DNA of 64,000 nucleotides, taken from contig CM120644.1 of NCBI GenBank assembly GCA_051362555.1, forward strand, positions 1,000,954 to 1,064,953, written 5' to 3'. Shown piece by piece: positions 38,877 through 51,748 of this stretch. The notes beneath the pieces were generated by a model. It was given only the letters and a program-made list of their open reading frames with translations, ran no database searches and was not told the origin of the DNA. The DNA comes from Lingula anatina (lineage: Eukaryota; Animalia; Brachiopoda). The position numbers and the translations under genes are program-made. Numbering within the stretch: the first letter of the stretch is position 1; every line of letters begins with the position of its first letter.

Positions 38877-40729
38877 CTAGTGCAATTTTTATTATATCCT
38901 CTATCATTATCGCAGCTAACGCGGTGAGTGTCTACCCTCTATTAGGGCCACAGATAGATTTTCACTAGTTACCAGTATTGACAGATATGTATCTGGTTAT
39001 TTGATGGCACTTTGCCCTCGCGTTAGGGAAAAGTGCACACAAACTCACTGCTTTTTAGATGATAGTGAGTGTCATATCGTTTGCAATCCAACAAAAAGAT
39101 TCATTTTACAATAGAGGAATTAACCTCATAGTTACATTTGTAATTTTAAAATCGGTTGTATGCAACCTTTCGCTGTCCAGTAATAGTTATAAAGGAAAGT
39201 TGAAGTTCGCTGGTATCAAACACACTTTTTATTACGAAATAAATCGACTGTGCATGGAACATAATTATTATATTAGGATCTGGGTGACGATTGTGCATAA
39301 AACGTCATGTCATTTTCCTTTTCCTAACATTGCTGGGCCCCTAGCCGTTGCATCTTTTAATTGACGTGCATCTCCAACTATTGTATTATATAGGCATGAT
39401 TTCAGGGTGTTCGGGAGTAATAATGATTGCGTTCACAATAGATTGCGCGCAGCATTAGGCCCTTCTGCAAGTTGATATATGTATGCGAATAAACCTAGCT
39501 TACTAAATAACCATTACCAAAGTACGTAAAGCAGGGCTTGAGGTTTACCGGTCAAATATTTAATTGACATGGGCAATTAACCTTTTTCATCTTTTGCGGA
39601 AATACGAAGTGCGCATGACAGGAACCGCGCGCCACAGGGGTCATGGTAGTCCTCTGCTGTTTCCAGCATGGCAATGCTAGGTGTAGATGTTGTACAAGGT
39701 GCGCATATAAAAAGGTCGTTTGAAGCGTGCACTGCTTTCTGTCAAACTGAAAAGGTGGCTGAAGCACAGAAATGCGTAAACTGTAGGCAAGAATACAGCT
39801 ATTTGGACGGAGAATCAAGCAATTAAATGTTTTTTTTTTCTCAGTTTAAATACGATGCGCTGTACAACTAGACTTCACCTTAGCGTCCGAGCCTTGGCTG
39901 CACTTTAAATAGTGATGACGAACTAAAGCTTCAGAGTTCTTTTAAATGCTTCCGATAATATAGATATGCGAAAGAGACTCGTTATTTTTTATATATTAAA
40001 TCAAAATAGCCAGTAGACTCGTACACAGCTTTCAAGAGTGTGGACAGGTGCGTAGGCCTACGTCTTCACAATATTACATGTATATATGCAAGCTGTGGCG
40101 ATATCACCTCATTTACCGGCAGTATCAATTCATTACGATTTTTATGTCTTGTTTGAAGGATGTCTTAAGAGATTTTTGAAGTGATAAAATGAAAAGATTC
40201 CCTGCATTGTTTGACTCGTACCTACTGTGTAAACAAGTAAAACTGACACGCAGATTGTTCGTCGGTGAACTGATTAAATCGTTTGGTACCTGATAAGGCA
40301 TCAGGTGTTACTTGTTCAATTGTTCGGTAAGGGTGGCGGCCTCAACTACGACCTTTCCTCTTTAATTAAAACCTTCTAATTATAAGTGTTAAATAGGTGA
40401 GACAGGAATTCTCGACTCTTTCCCAGACGATAATTAAAATTTACCGTGTCTTACTCTAGTATATGTACACAATTTACGACAGGTAAAAAATGTCAGACTT
40501 TCGGTCTGACAAGTATGAAAATTTTGTCAAACTGAAACAAAACCGCCAGGCAAAAACAAAATTATAGCAATAGGCCAAATGATTTGATTTTTAAATGTTT
40601 TCATGCGTATTTTCATCGTTTTCAATCAAAGACAATAAAATCAATCAAATAAAGTGTTTTCCACACATTTCAACTATCTAAGGCAGTTAAATATACGTAG
40701 GCCTACTTTAATACTAAGCATAAATTTAA

Positions 40730-41065
40730 AGGGATAATAACTCTTCGTATGAGATCTATATTTCACAATAAAAACATTGTGAATAACTCATAGAAATATA
40801 ATATATTCTGTTTTACCACAAAAACGGCAGTTATAACTATTATTCTGATATCTGAGCTTGTCTTTAGACCACGTGACCTCCATTGATGGCTATACTCTGT
40901 TATAATCTCTTAAGAGATTTTAACAAAAAACCAAACTTTTTAGCAAAAAACCAGGGACTAAGTTTGAATGTAAAAATGGATTCATTAACCATTGGTAAGT
41001 ATGGGAAAACTGTTGTTTACTCCAGGAAAATTCATTTTTGGCCGAAACGAAGAGTTATTATCACT
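40730..41065. mobile_element. Kolobok-like MITE, 336 bp
   Basis: TTAA TSD at 40726-40729 and 41066-41069. TIR AG(G/T)GATAATAACTCTTCG matches at 17/18. Confidence 0.8.
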
Positions 41066-42942
41066 TTAATATATTTATTTACAAATACGTTGTTTGATTA
41101 TTTTTATTATCCATTTTGTCTTTACCATACATGTATTATGCACGTGTAGCTTAAAGAAAAGCTTTTCTGCATTTTTATTTTGTAATAAACAATATATGCC
41201 CATTGAATTTTCCAATTCTCTTGTCATTGAGTTCAGAAATAAATAACTTTATTTTGCCGATAAAGCGTTCAACAAGAGCCGATGTACTTTCTTCTTCGTA
41301 TGTCTCTGTTGATCTTGATAATATGAGCCCCGTTTGTACAAATCAGTAATACGTATACGGGACTGGATACATAATAATAAAAATATTATTAACGTCTCAC
41401 GTTAAAAAAATAGAATCTACCCTACTAAGGGTTATGAGAGACTAAAACCTGTGATAGGCCTACTACATTTAAAATGATCACTTATCAATAAAACACACAC
41501 AAAAAGGATATTACATACAAAACTTTTCAAACCTTCTCTTTGTTGGTACACAAAAAGTCGTGAAAGTTCTTGAATTTTTTGTAAGTAGAATCCCCGTGTA
41601 AAACTTCACAGCTTTTACTTTCTTTTTCCATTACCTCATGCTTAAAGTCTTTTCTTTCTTTTTAGGCCCCTATTCTTCAAATTTTTCTTAAGATCTTTAG
41701 AATGTTTTTTCTCGCATTGTTTACCCTCGAGTTCTATTTGCCGATAGTTCGTTATATCCGTTGATTAACTAAGCATTTCTGTTTTTTATTAAAGCACCAT
41801 TGATCTCCTAATATTATAGTTTTTCTTCCCGCCTTCGAAATGTTGCCCTGCTTTTGATCCAAACCTGCTATATTTTCCTTTCTTTCTACCATATTGTTCC
41901 TTCTACGGGGTTTGTTGGGAACTTATTAAACCTCATGTGTCGATCTCGCTTACTGTTATTGTAGCAGCGGGACAAAAAGCACGTAAACTCAGCCATGGTT
42001 TTTAGCACCGCTGTAAGTGTTTCGACATAGCAGGGCTCCCCTACCCACAATGCAATTGCCGTTTCCGGAAAAGATGAAAAAGGTCTATAGGATTGGACCA
42101 GTCTTAATTTATTATGTGGTGAATGACACATTCTCCATCGTCACAGTTGAATTACCCTCTACCAGGGCCGCAGTTATTATTGTGAATATTTTTGCTGAGG
42201 CGACCCTGTAATGTTTGGCCAGAGGGGAGCAATTAAATCTGCACGCGCGTAGATGGCATTGTACCTGCTCTGTAGGTGCTCAGATCAGTGAGAGCTGGGC
42301 TTTGCGCCAATGTAATTAACGCTTGTTACGCAACATGGCTTGTCTGGTCTGTCTGCTAAGGGGCTGTTTTTATTGTCACAGATAAGTAATTAACTCTCTT
42401 GATTGCTTTCAAGGGGTCTTGGCAGGGACTTGCTAAGTGACAGTGCCTGAGTAGTTATGCAAGCAATTACCAGCCATGTAATCATCCTTGATATTTCAGC
42501 ACAGGGTCATAGTACAGAGATTTGCCATCTATTTAACAAGAGACATCTGTTAATATCTGGTGAAAAACCAATAACAAAATATATCCCGTTCCTATTTATC
42601 ATGGGGCTATGTGAACTTTTAATGTGTGCTTGTACTTTGACATATATATTTATACAGTGTTTATATAAAGTTGCGGAAAAAATAGAGAATGAGTAAATAA
42701 GCTAATATATAAACGGATCTCTTCTTTCTATGCACATATTTTTATTTTGTATTTTGTTTGCTCTGATTTAAACATAAAGAGATTCAGCTTAGAAAAAAAC
42801 CTATCATTTTGTAAATATAAAGTGTATAAGCTGATCTACTTTTCGTTTTTCTTTGTTTGTTTGTTCATCTGTAAGTGCATGTCACCTGGAGGGGTATAAC
42901 GTAAATGATCTGCAGGTTTCCGTTATGTATTTCAGAGTCACC

Positions 42943-43243
42943 ATGAATGAAGATCAAAAGAAGAGGATCAGACAACAATATGTCTACCTGGTCAAAAACC
43001 TGACAGACCCGAGGAGTACAGGGCTTGTTGAACACCTGTACCAAGATGGCGTCATTGAGGAGAGAGATCGTCAGATTGTGGAGAGTAAAGCAGCGACAAA
43101 AGACGCCATAAAACATCTGCTAGATGCCGTCGTGAACTCTTCACATCAGGGTGCATTTGACTGTTTCCTCAAACTTTTAGAAGAATATGAACAAAAGTAC
43201 CTGGCCCATGCTTTAAGACAAAGTACAAGTTCTGACGGAACAG
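42943..43243 (+). CDS. CARD-Bbox-NHL gene 1, coding exon 1: CARD (death-fold) domain
   Basis: Acceptor tttcag, then GTCACCATG. MNEDQKKRIRQQYVYLVKNL...LVEHLYQDGVI...LLD...AFDCFLKLL...LA..L follows the CARD pattern. Phase-1 donor G|gt at 43243/43244 is at the same position in gene 2. Confidence 0.85.
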
Positions 43244-43682
43244 GTCAATATACTAATTGCAATATGTTTATATCCCTACTATTAAATATGAAATATTCTA
43301 ATCGTTCCTAATTTGTTTGTATAATGTAGGTTCGGACATAGCTCGCTGAGGGCTTGAATAAACTTTCCGATCCAAGAACTTTCACCGAACCAACATAGAA
43401 TTATAATTTGACATATGGTTTAGAACTTAACTTTTTTATTTCAACATACTGCACGTAAAATGAGTGATACATTATTTGGCTTTCTTGACAGCAGAGATTA
43501 TCCTTTTCACATGTTTTGTTAAAAACAAGCATCGTATGACAGTGTCAAGACATAGATGATCCATCTCATCTTTGTTTTAATCATGTACAAAATTTATGGA
43601 GATATCCGTTTTGTGCATTGCTTACATATAAGATTTGTATGCATGACTAATTATATACACTTATTATGTATTCAAATTCTAG

Positions 43683-45247
43683 GTTTGTGTGACGTGTGTC
43701 CAGAAGACAGTAAATCCCCTGCCACCTCCGTGTGTTTAGACTGCAACGAGCTAATGTGTTCTACGTGTGCCGACTATCATAGGAGGACAAGGGTCTTGAA
43801 AGATCACAGACTTAATGAAATAACAGCTGCCGTCACAGACAAATGCCAGGTTCATCCATCCCTTTATCTTAAATCTTACTGTCCCAAATGTGACGTCCTT
43901 GTCTGTGAGCGTTGTATGGTGGACACACACAAAGGACACACAGACGCTTGGAAAGACGCCATAATAGCGGCCGAGGACTTAAAATGTAAACTGAACGGGA
44001 TAATTGATGAAATCAGAGATATTGCTCTCGACAAACTTTCGATAGAAAAAGAAGAACAGAAACGGCTAGCCGACTTGGATAAGCAAAGACAACTCGCCAA
44101 ACAGGCTATTGAGACTCGAGAAGACGAACTTTACAGGTTGGTCAAAGCCTGTGCTGAAAAAGCCAAAGAAGGTTTAGCCAAAGCATATTTCGATATAAAA
44201 CGTCGGCTACGAATAACCAATAAAATAGAATCCCTCGAAAAACAACTGAAAGCCTATGAAAATATGGTGAATGACGCTTCCTTCTCTAGTGTACTTAAAA
44301 ATCATGCAGAATGGGAGATGTCACTAAAAGAAATGTTGGAGACGTATTCCCCCACCTCTCCTGTGCCTGTGCTAAGATATCAGACCTCCACTTGGGCAGA
44401 AACAGCCATACAGCAGGCAATGGGTAAGGTGGTTATAGATGAGATCACACCGACATTGATCACACAGCATCAACTGAAGTGTTCTCAGTATCCACTGGAG
44501 TTCCCCATAGCTGTGGACAGCACGCCTGGTGGTGACGTCGTGGTGGGGACGGGGTGTAATGATGATATAACCATGCAACGTATCATCATCTGTTCCTCCA
44601 AATGGAACATCAAGAAGGAGATCAAGGTTACGGGGCTGAGAGGACTGACAGTACTACGTGACGGTACAATAGCAGCTACTGTACAGATCGGCAGTACAGA
44701 GGAAGTGAGGATATACACAAAAGGTGGTGTTGTGAAATCATCGTTTAAGTGTAAGGAACCGGGTCGTATTGCAGTGAACCTCGAAGGTCACCTGGTCGTG
44801 ATGGATGATATCTGGGGTAAAGCAGATAAAGTAAAAGAATTTCGTCCTGACGGTACACAAATTAACGTATTCAGTGACACTTCAGCAAAAGCAGTACAGT
44901 ATTTCAAGTACATAACAACCACGCCCAGTGGTGACGTCATAGTATCAGATCCCAATGACTGCTGTATACGTGTCTACGCACCTAAGGGTCAGCTACGGTA
45001 CACGTACGGTGAGGAGGGCGTCATGAAGAGTTCAGCTGGTGTCTGTGTGGATGAAGATGGAACCATATTTATCTCTGACAACCTTGCTGACAACATCCAC
45101 CAGGTGTCTCCTGCTGGCCAGTTCATGCGATGTGTGCTGACAGACAAGGATGGACTTAGGAAACCCATGGCAGTGTGTATCAACCAGGAAGGGTACTTCG
45201 TGGTAGCTCAATTGGACGGATGGATCAAGACATACAAGTATAATTAA
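43683..45247 (+). CDS. CARD-Bbox-NHL gene 1, coding exon 2: B-box1, B-box2, coiled coil, NHL beta-propeller (spliced product 621 aa)
   Basis: Acceptor ttctag in matching phase. CDVC...CLDC...CSTC...H...H; CQVH...CPKC...CERC...H..H; helical charged segment; NHL-type repeats (e.g. GVCVDEDGTIFISD). No RING and no filamin domain. Confidence 0.92.
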
Positions 45248-46939
45248 CGATATATGCTGTTATTTACTCCCTGTCTATGATCAAAAGTGACACATAGCCT
45301 TCGATATGAAAACCAACGCGTAAATTAGAATAATACCTAGTCTGCCTATAATCAAACCTCTAAATGAATATCACATATTGAACTTAAATATCAGATGTGC
45401 ATTTTTTTTAGACATAAAACTGTGAGACCATATCCCAGTTCTTTCACTGCTAGGAACTGTAGATGTTTGCCTAATTTCACGCAAATTAAGTTTGATTCTA
45501 TGGTTTCTGAAGATATGTGAGTCAAAGCATCGTAAAAATCGTAAAAAAAAGATTACCCCTGAAAATGACAGAATAGGTGTCCTTTGTTTAGGAAGACTGA
45601 ATTTTTAAGCCTTTTAAACTTTAAAGTTTAGAATTGACCACGTCCAAATCTTGTCCTTTAAATCCTATCTCGTCTGAGCGTGGATTCAGTGGTGCGGTCT
45701 TTTACTGATAAGGGTAACGATATAAAATATTGATTTTGTTCATACAGGTAAATAATCAAAGCATCCTTTATTTAGGAATTCATACTTTTCGAACTAATGA
45801 TTAGCATCATCCGGCCTCTGACTTGTTAAATTTTTTATGTCATCTATCGTCACCACATTCGTATCTGCCGTGTGGTTATCATAGTGGAAGTCCGAAATTG
45901 ACTTTTTGAAATGATAACATCATAACTATATTTTGATGTGTAATCAAGTTTGTTTTTTTATCAATAAAACTGATATCCCAACTTTATCAGAGTACTTTTT
46001 TTCTATTTTAGATAAATATCCATGATGTTTTAAGACAAATGGAATACATTTGTATAATTGAATCTCACGAAGAAATTAACAAATAAATGAATAAGAGTTA
46101 AATAGAACGAGAGATAGAGTAACGTGTGACAGGGTTACACTGCATAAATAGATGAATGAAAAAGTTCACATTGTTTTTATAGTTAATTTAATTTTTTTCT
46201 GGATCTGTTGTTTGATGCCGTCTTTCATGTACTGAGAAACTAGTCGATTTCTTTTTCATTTTTTCCACAAGATAAAGTCAACATGCTGGCTACCGCGTAG
46301 TAGGTTATAATTCGAAGCGAATCATTGTCAGTTTTTTTTTTTTTTTTTTTTACTCTGGTTGCACCATTTGTATCAAACTGCATGAATACAAAAGTTATTA
46401 CTTGGACAGGCGGTGTATAAAAAAAACATAGCAGTTCCCAGACGCCTTGTACAAGTGAACTGATCATAACCGTGTGGTTTAAATCTAATATCGTCTAATG
46501 CTGACGGCCATGGGGAGGACAATGTGGTAGCAAAGCTAGCTTCACATCTAACACATCCGATATTCCGACGAACCCGTGCGGTGACAGTGGTATAAATGGT
46601 GCTACTGTTACGTGTGAAATAAATCTCGCCAGGCTCAGGAAATATCCCTAATGTGATAGATTTGTAACGCAGTTGGTAGCAAGATGAGCTTTTACATAAC
46701 ATTTAGTAATTAAAACTTCTGTGTAATAGACCAATGCCACACCTGGCTTCCTGTGAATATATTAGTCACACCGCTGTCATCTCTATTTTTATCTCGGATT
46801 TTCTGCAAGAGCAATTCCAAGTGATTATCCTTTAATCTCTCAAAGGTACAGAGAAATCTTAGGCTATCTTGAAAGTCGGTGTTGGACGGTGCTACCTTAA
46901 CTGAAGATGCAATTGTGACCATCGAGCCTTATGAGATTA

Positions 46940-47468
46940 TACATTCGAAGGGCCGCACATATATTATAGTAAGCGCCCGGTATTATGTTTATTAATCATC
47001 AATTACGGGTGAAAGTATTGTTTTATCAACGAGCGTAATATGCAATAGAAGTTTAAGGCCAAGTAGCCAGTATAACTAGTAACTGTTTATATAAAGAGAA
47101 ATATCCTGTCACCATCAGGCACGGTAAACAGTGACCTCACCCTCAAAATTCAGTATAAAGGGCGTCCCGATCTCTACATCAAAGAACTAACGCTAGACCG
47201 ATCCCAGGGACGTCAGAGTGACCACCAACGCCGAGAGCACGAGAGGGAGACTGAGGACTGAGGACGGCCGGCTCAACCAGAGCCTAGATCGAGGGAACGA
47301 TTGGGTCACTGTCTTACCGTAGCGTTGTGCCTACCTGAGCTAGATGTCCCTGTATATGTAACGGGTTAAAGTAATAAACTGTATTAATAGGGAAACCTAT
47401 CCTAGACTGTTGTGTCATTCTTACGAACCTCCGCGCACACGCCAAACTACCGCACCGGCCCCGTTACA
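46940..47468 (+). mobile_element. Possible solo LTR
   Basis: Internal TATAAA (about 47154) and AATAAA (about 47373); ends CCCGTTACA; GATTA(T) on both flanks. The 5' TG is absent. Confidence 0.35.
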
Positions 47469-47623
47469 GATTATTGTTGAAAATTTTGTTGAGACAAAAT
47501 TAAATTCATATTGTGAAAAATACGATAATCGAAAGCAGCATGAAAGTTACATGTATATACCTGTCCCCCAGAAACCGCGAGGTCCTTTGGGAGTTAATAA
47601 TAATAATCTTTATTGAAATATTG

Positions 47624-47625
<2 letters not shown>

Positions 47626-47678
<53 letters not shown>
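47626..47678. repeat. (TA)n microsatellite at the SINE tail
   Basis: Direct reading. Confidence 0.95.
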
Positions 47679-47679
<1 letters not shown>

Positions 47680-47683
<4 letters not shown>

Positions 47684-48018
47684 TTATTTATTTATTCATT
47701 TATTTATTTATTTATTTTTAAATGGAATTTATTTAAGTGAGAGAAGCCTGGTCATTTTTGGCCCTGTTGCACTCTATAGTCACTCTCACTTCCCTGGGGA
47801 GGATACAGCCCGGCTGCCATATTCGGCCCTCAGAGCTAACAAACTTATCAATTCTCCAGTGCCAGACCAGGCCCCTGCTTCAACCCCTAAGTGCTGAGTG
47901 CCAAGCGGGGAGACAGCAGGTACCGTTTATAAAGGACTGGTATGTCCCCGGACGGGGTTGAACCCACGTCCTCCCGCTCCGTAGGCGGACGCTCAAACCA
48001 GAAGGCCATCCGGTCGGT
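47680..48018 (-). mobile_element. tRNA-derived SINE
   Basis: Minus-strand head with A-box-like TGGCCTTCTGG and B-box GGTTCAACCCC, a GC-rich body (CTTGGCACTCAGCAC...GGCTGTATCCTCCCCAGGG) and an (AAAT)n tail. Confidence 0.8.
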
Positions 48019-49702
48019 ACAATCCGGTTGGCAGGATATTTTGATAGTTAATTCTCAGTGAAGTACGTCTTACCCAGACCTAGATTCCCAGATTTATTTG
48101 ACTGCAGCATATCACAGATATCCCTGTAGAACATACTTACCGTCCAGACAAAAACGTAAGTCCTACACAATTCAAGTCCGTACAATAATTATAATCTTGA
48201 AGCCACTATCGGCAATTATCGTGTGTTCGGCAGCCTGATGGGTGAGGTGTCTGGATGAAATACCAACCCTGCTGATATACTGAGATATCTACAGGAAGGA
48301 AGAGACCCACCTGGCTTATCTGAGGCTAGGAGGCTGGTTTCCACGTCCACGACAAGAGGGCTTTCTTCCTAAATTTACGTAGTCATTGATATAATTAATA
48401 TCTTATTGCATTATTTCGATATCTGAAATCCAAGGAGGATCTTGCTGATTGCTGTAAGACATTTTTCCTATCTTGAAAAGAGCCATTAAAAATAAAAAAT
48501 ACAAACTAGTTGATGAAAAATCCACATAACATGTGCAGATTTTAGAGAAATCATAGAATTTATTAAATAATATGTGCTTCTCTGACTTATGATTAGCATC
48601 ATCTAGGTTCTGACTTGATTCTTTTACGTGAACTTTTGTCAGGACGTTCGTGTCAGCAGTATGGCTCTCATAGTGGAAGTCCGAAATTAACTTTGGAAAT
48701 GATAACATTACAATTATATGAGAGAACAGTTTCATTAGCTCTGTATGTATCAATTTAAATTATTGTTTTTATATTTATATCAAGAGCGTATAAAATATGT
48801 GGGTATTACCTCCAATATTTCTGTGACTGTCAGTCACCATCATCAGGGAGTAAATGACTAGGGTCATTTCACCTGGAATGAAAATCCAGGTCAATTGCCC
48901 CTAATCACTGGCCTTGTGTTGTAACTGTTACATCTTCCCCCCGGGGCTCCTCTGCATCCCTCTGAAGCACCGTGAGGTAGATAGCTGGTAGATCATATCC
49001 CCCTGTCTGTTCAGGTCTGGTTGTTTGGTCCTGATGAGTACAGCTTCTGCTATTTTTCTTTGGAATGTCCCGTTTTCCCTGTTTTTTGATAAAAAAGATA
49101 AAAATAAATAAATAAATAAAAAATGCTATAATATTTTGATGCGTATTTTGATGCATATTTATCAAATAAACTGATATCTCAACCCTTGGGTTCTGTTTTG
49201 GGGCCACTGGGTTCCTCGCCGCACAGAAGTAACTAAACATATCAGAAAGGTGAAATTCTGTCTTATAGTGATCGGTGGTCTGATGCTTTTTTTAATGTCA
49301 TGTGAAACTAGTTGAAATGTTTCATCAATTTCTTCCATATTCACAGCCCTAAATAGACCTCTCCAGGTTGACCCTTCAACAAAAGGATCAAAGAGCCGTA
49401 AACCCTTGACTGACCAATGGACAGCCATGTTACAAACGGTTTAGTAACCAATGCAAACATGATACGGTTTCTATAGCAACATACTAGTTTTTTTTCCAGA
49501 TGTAAATACATTGAAATTTGCAAGGTATTTAACTGTACTAATATATATATATATACACAGTTTATGTGTATCTGGGTGTAAGGTGTATATATCGTGCATT
49601 CACATAAATAGAATAACAAATAAGTTGAATAGAACGAGAGAGACGCGCGTGTCAGAGTTACATGTATCACTACCATGGCAGCAGATGTGGACGGTAGCGG
49701 GA

Positions 49703-49845
49703 CACCGTTGTGGTAGCGGTGCCAGTTTGTCACAGCTGTTACATTCAATATTCTGAATGATGATGTTGTTAGGGAGGAGACCATTGTGGTAGCGGTGCCA
49801 GTTTGTCACAGCTGTCACAGCTGATATTCTGAATGATGATGTTGA
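49703..49845 (+). repeat. Tandem duplication, period about 77 bp
   Basis: TTGTGGTAGCGGTGCCAGTTTGTCACAGCTGT...ATATTCTGAATGATGATGTTG occurs twice. Confidence 0.85.
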
Positions 49846-50933
49846 AAGTGGTGCCCAACATTACGTTGTTAAAGAATCAAGAACAGATTTACAGACTTAA
49901 TATACTGTTACACTTCAAATTTAATTTGAAGTAGTTTAAAGGTATTTCATGAAAACACCATACATACTCAATGACGATTTTTTTTCTTCAAAATGACCGT
50001 TTGTGAAAAAATGACTCCGCCAGATAAGAATGAAAAAAATAAAAAGACCAAATGGTTATAAAACCACTCCGCTTATTCGTCACATACATAACTTTGCGAC
50101 GGGCTTTAGGAAAGTAAACGTAAGGTGTAAGCAAAAACTATCCTGGCCATTTTGGAGACTTTGGCTAGCCCCAAGTGCCATCGGCATGATTTACACCCAC
50201 TATTATTTACTTCATACGTACACGTGTATCAGTATCTCCAACACTTCAACCTACGATTTCCCTTGTATACAAGTCACCATATCAACAAAGCAGCCCAGGA
50301 CAACATATCAATGCAGAGATCCTGGCCACTACTTGTCGATATATACCTTACCCAGGTGTGACATATTTAAGTGAAGAAGTATCTGATAACCATATCTTCA
50401 GTACACACTTTATATAGTTAAGGTAAACATCAGCCAGCGTAACCTGACGCCATTAAAAAACTACAGGGACCAGGTTAAAAGGCGATTCCAGTCGTTCTCT
50501 TCAAGACAGCTGCTGTCCGTAGAACGGGAAAGAACAATTGCTCTCTTTACAGTAAGTACATGTACCATGTTGATTTTGTTAAGTGGACTGTTTCTTGCTT
50601 GGTAAAAAATAACGCCTTTGTATAAAGTAGAAGTTATTCGCATTACACATTTTCTACGCATTTTCACGCATAATTGAGTATAATGACTTCGTTTTACAAA
50701 GGACGGGAAAGAAAGTCACATTTACTAGTCACGGGAATGGGGTGCTTCACGGATCACGCTAAATACATGTAATTTTAACACCTCGAGCATTTCGGAAAAT
50801 AAAACGTGATTTTCCCGATAACGAAGATATATAATGGGATCCTTTAGTTGCAGTAGCTTAGTAACAGTAACCGGTCAGAGTAACAACTGAATGGCGGGGC
50901 AGGTGACCGAAGTAGATAAACTGATCTAATTAA

Positions 50934-51044
50934 GTGTTAGATAATACACCGTCACCCGAGCGATATATGCCATAGCACCTCGAGCGTCAGCGAGAGGTGT
51001 TCATGGCATATATCGCGAGAGGGTGACAGTGTATTATTTGACAT
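50934..51044. repeat. Imperfect ~50-bp-stem hairpin with GAGCGTCAGCGA loop
   Basis: ATAATACAC(C)GTCACCC..GCGATATATGCCAT..CACCTC pairs with GAGGTG..ATGGCATATATCGC..GGGTGAC(A)GTGTATTAT. Confidence 0.85.
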
Positions 51045-51349
51045 ACATGCCGAGAACAAATATAGTCATTTCACCCTAAAACACCCCTAAAACCGAATAA
51101 AGTTAACCGATATCACGCTCTAGAGATGTTATATGGAATAAACTCGTCCTCTTGCGCTGGTCACCTCCCGCCAAATTCTTATGTAATGTCTGACCAATTT
51201 GATCAATTTTTGCTAAATACTTGTCGTGGACGTTCAACTGGCTTGAAAAGTATTTAATCGACACTAACCATGCGCGTCTCATCTAGCTGAGCCACACCTA
51301 GCTGAGACTGCTGCGGAAAAAAGGTCCCAAGGCAAAACCTCCACTTTTT

Positions 51350-51661
51350 AGTGACATTTCTGATAAACAAGGAGTGTCGGACCAGAATATAGTCCAACTA
51401 ATTTTTCAAAAGTGTGAAGAAGAAAGAAATTTACTCATTGGTGATATTTCTGACAAGGAGGCAGTTTCGGAATATAGTCAAAGTCAGACGGATGTTTATT
51501 ACAAGTTCACGGGAGTAATAATTCTAGTTTTATTGTTATTTCTGACGACGAGGCGGTTACGGAATATAGTCAAAATCAAACGGAGGTTTATTTCAAGTCC
51601 ACAGGAGTAATAATTCTATGTTTTGGTGACATCTTTTACTACGAGGCGGTTTCGGAATATA
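51350..51661 (+). repeat. Degenerate minisatellite, period about 90-93 bp, roughly 3.4 units
   Basis: Recurring ATTTCTGA ... GAGGC(A/G)GTT(T/A)CGGAATATA ... GGAGTAATAATTCTA. Confidence 0.7.
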
Positions 51662-51748
51662 CAGTACATGTACTGGTTTTCAGAGCATCTATGTGCTACA
51701 AGTAATTACAAGTTCAAAAGGGGAATAGATTTGATTTTTACCGATATA

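Noticed and set aside
40525-40545. ISRE/IRF-like AAACTGAAAC upstream of gene 1
   Set aside because: Expected by chance in AT-rich DNA, the TSS is unknown, and no counterpart was seen before gene 2.
42853-43682. ORF-track starts at 42853 and 43556 as real N-termini
   Set aside because: These extensions read through intron sequence and are poorly conserved or absent in gene 2; the splice signals give a better model.
46373-46922. Minus-strand ORFs with FQDSLRFL, like a Maverick polB exonuclease motif
   Set aside because: A single weak motif with no supporting neighbours.
47945-48018. tRNA gene
   Set aside because: It runs into a SINE body and tail, with no clean cloverleaf or poly-T terminator.
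48403-50374. Exon-like ORFs between NHL genes 1 and 2 (e.g. 48905-49078 minus, 50030-50374 plus)
   Set aside because: No recognisable domain or consistent gene model; RNA-seq would be needed.
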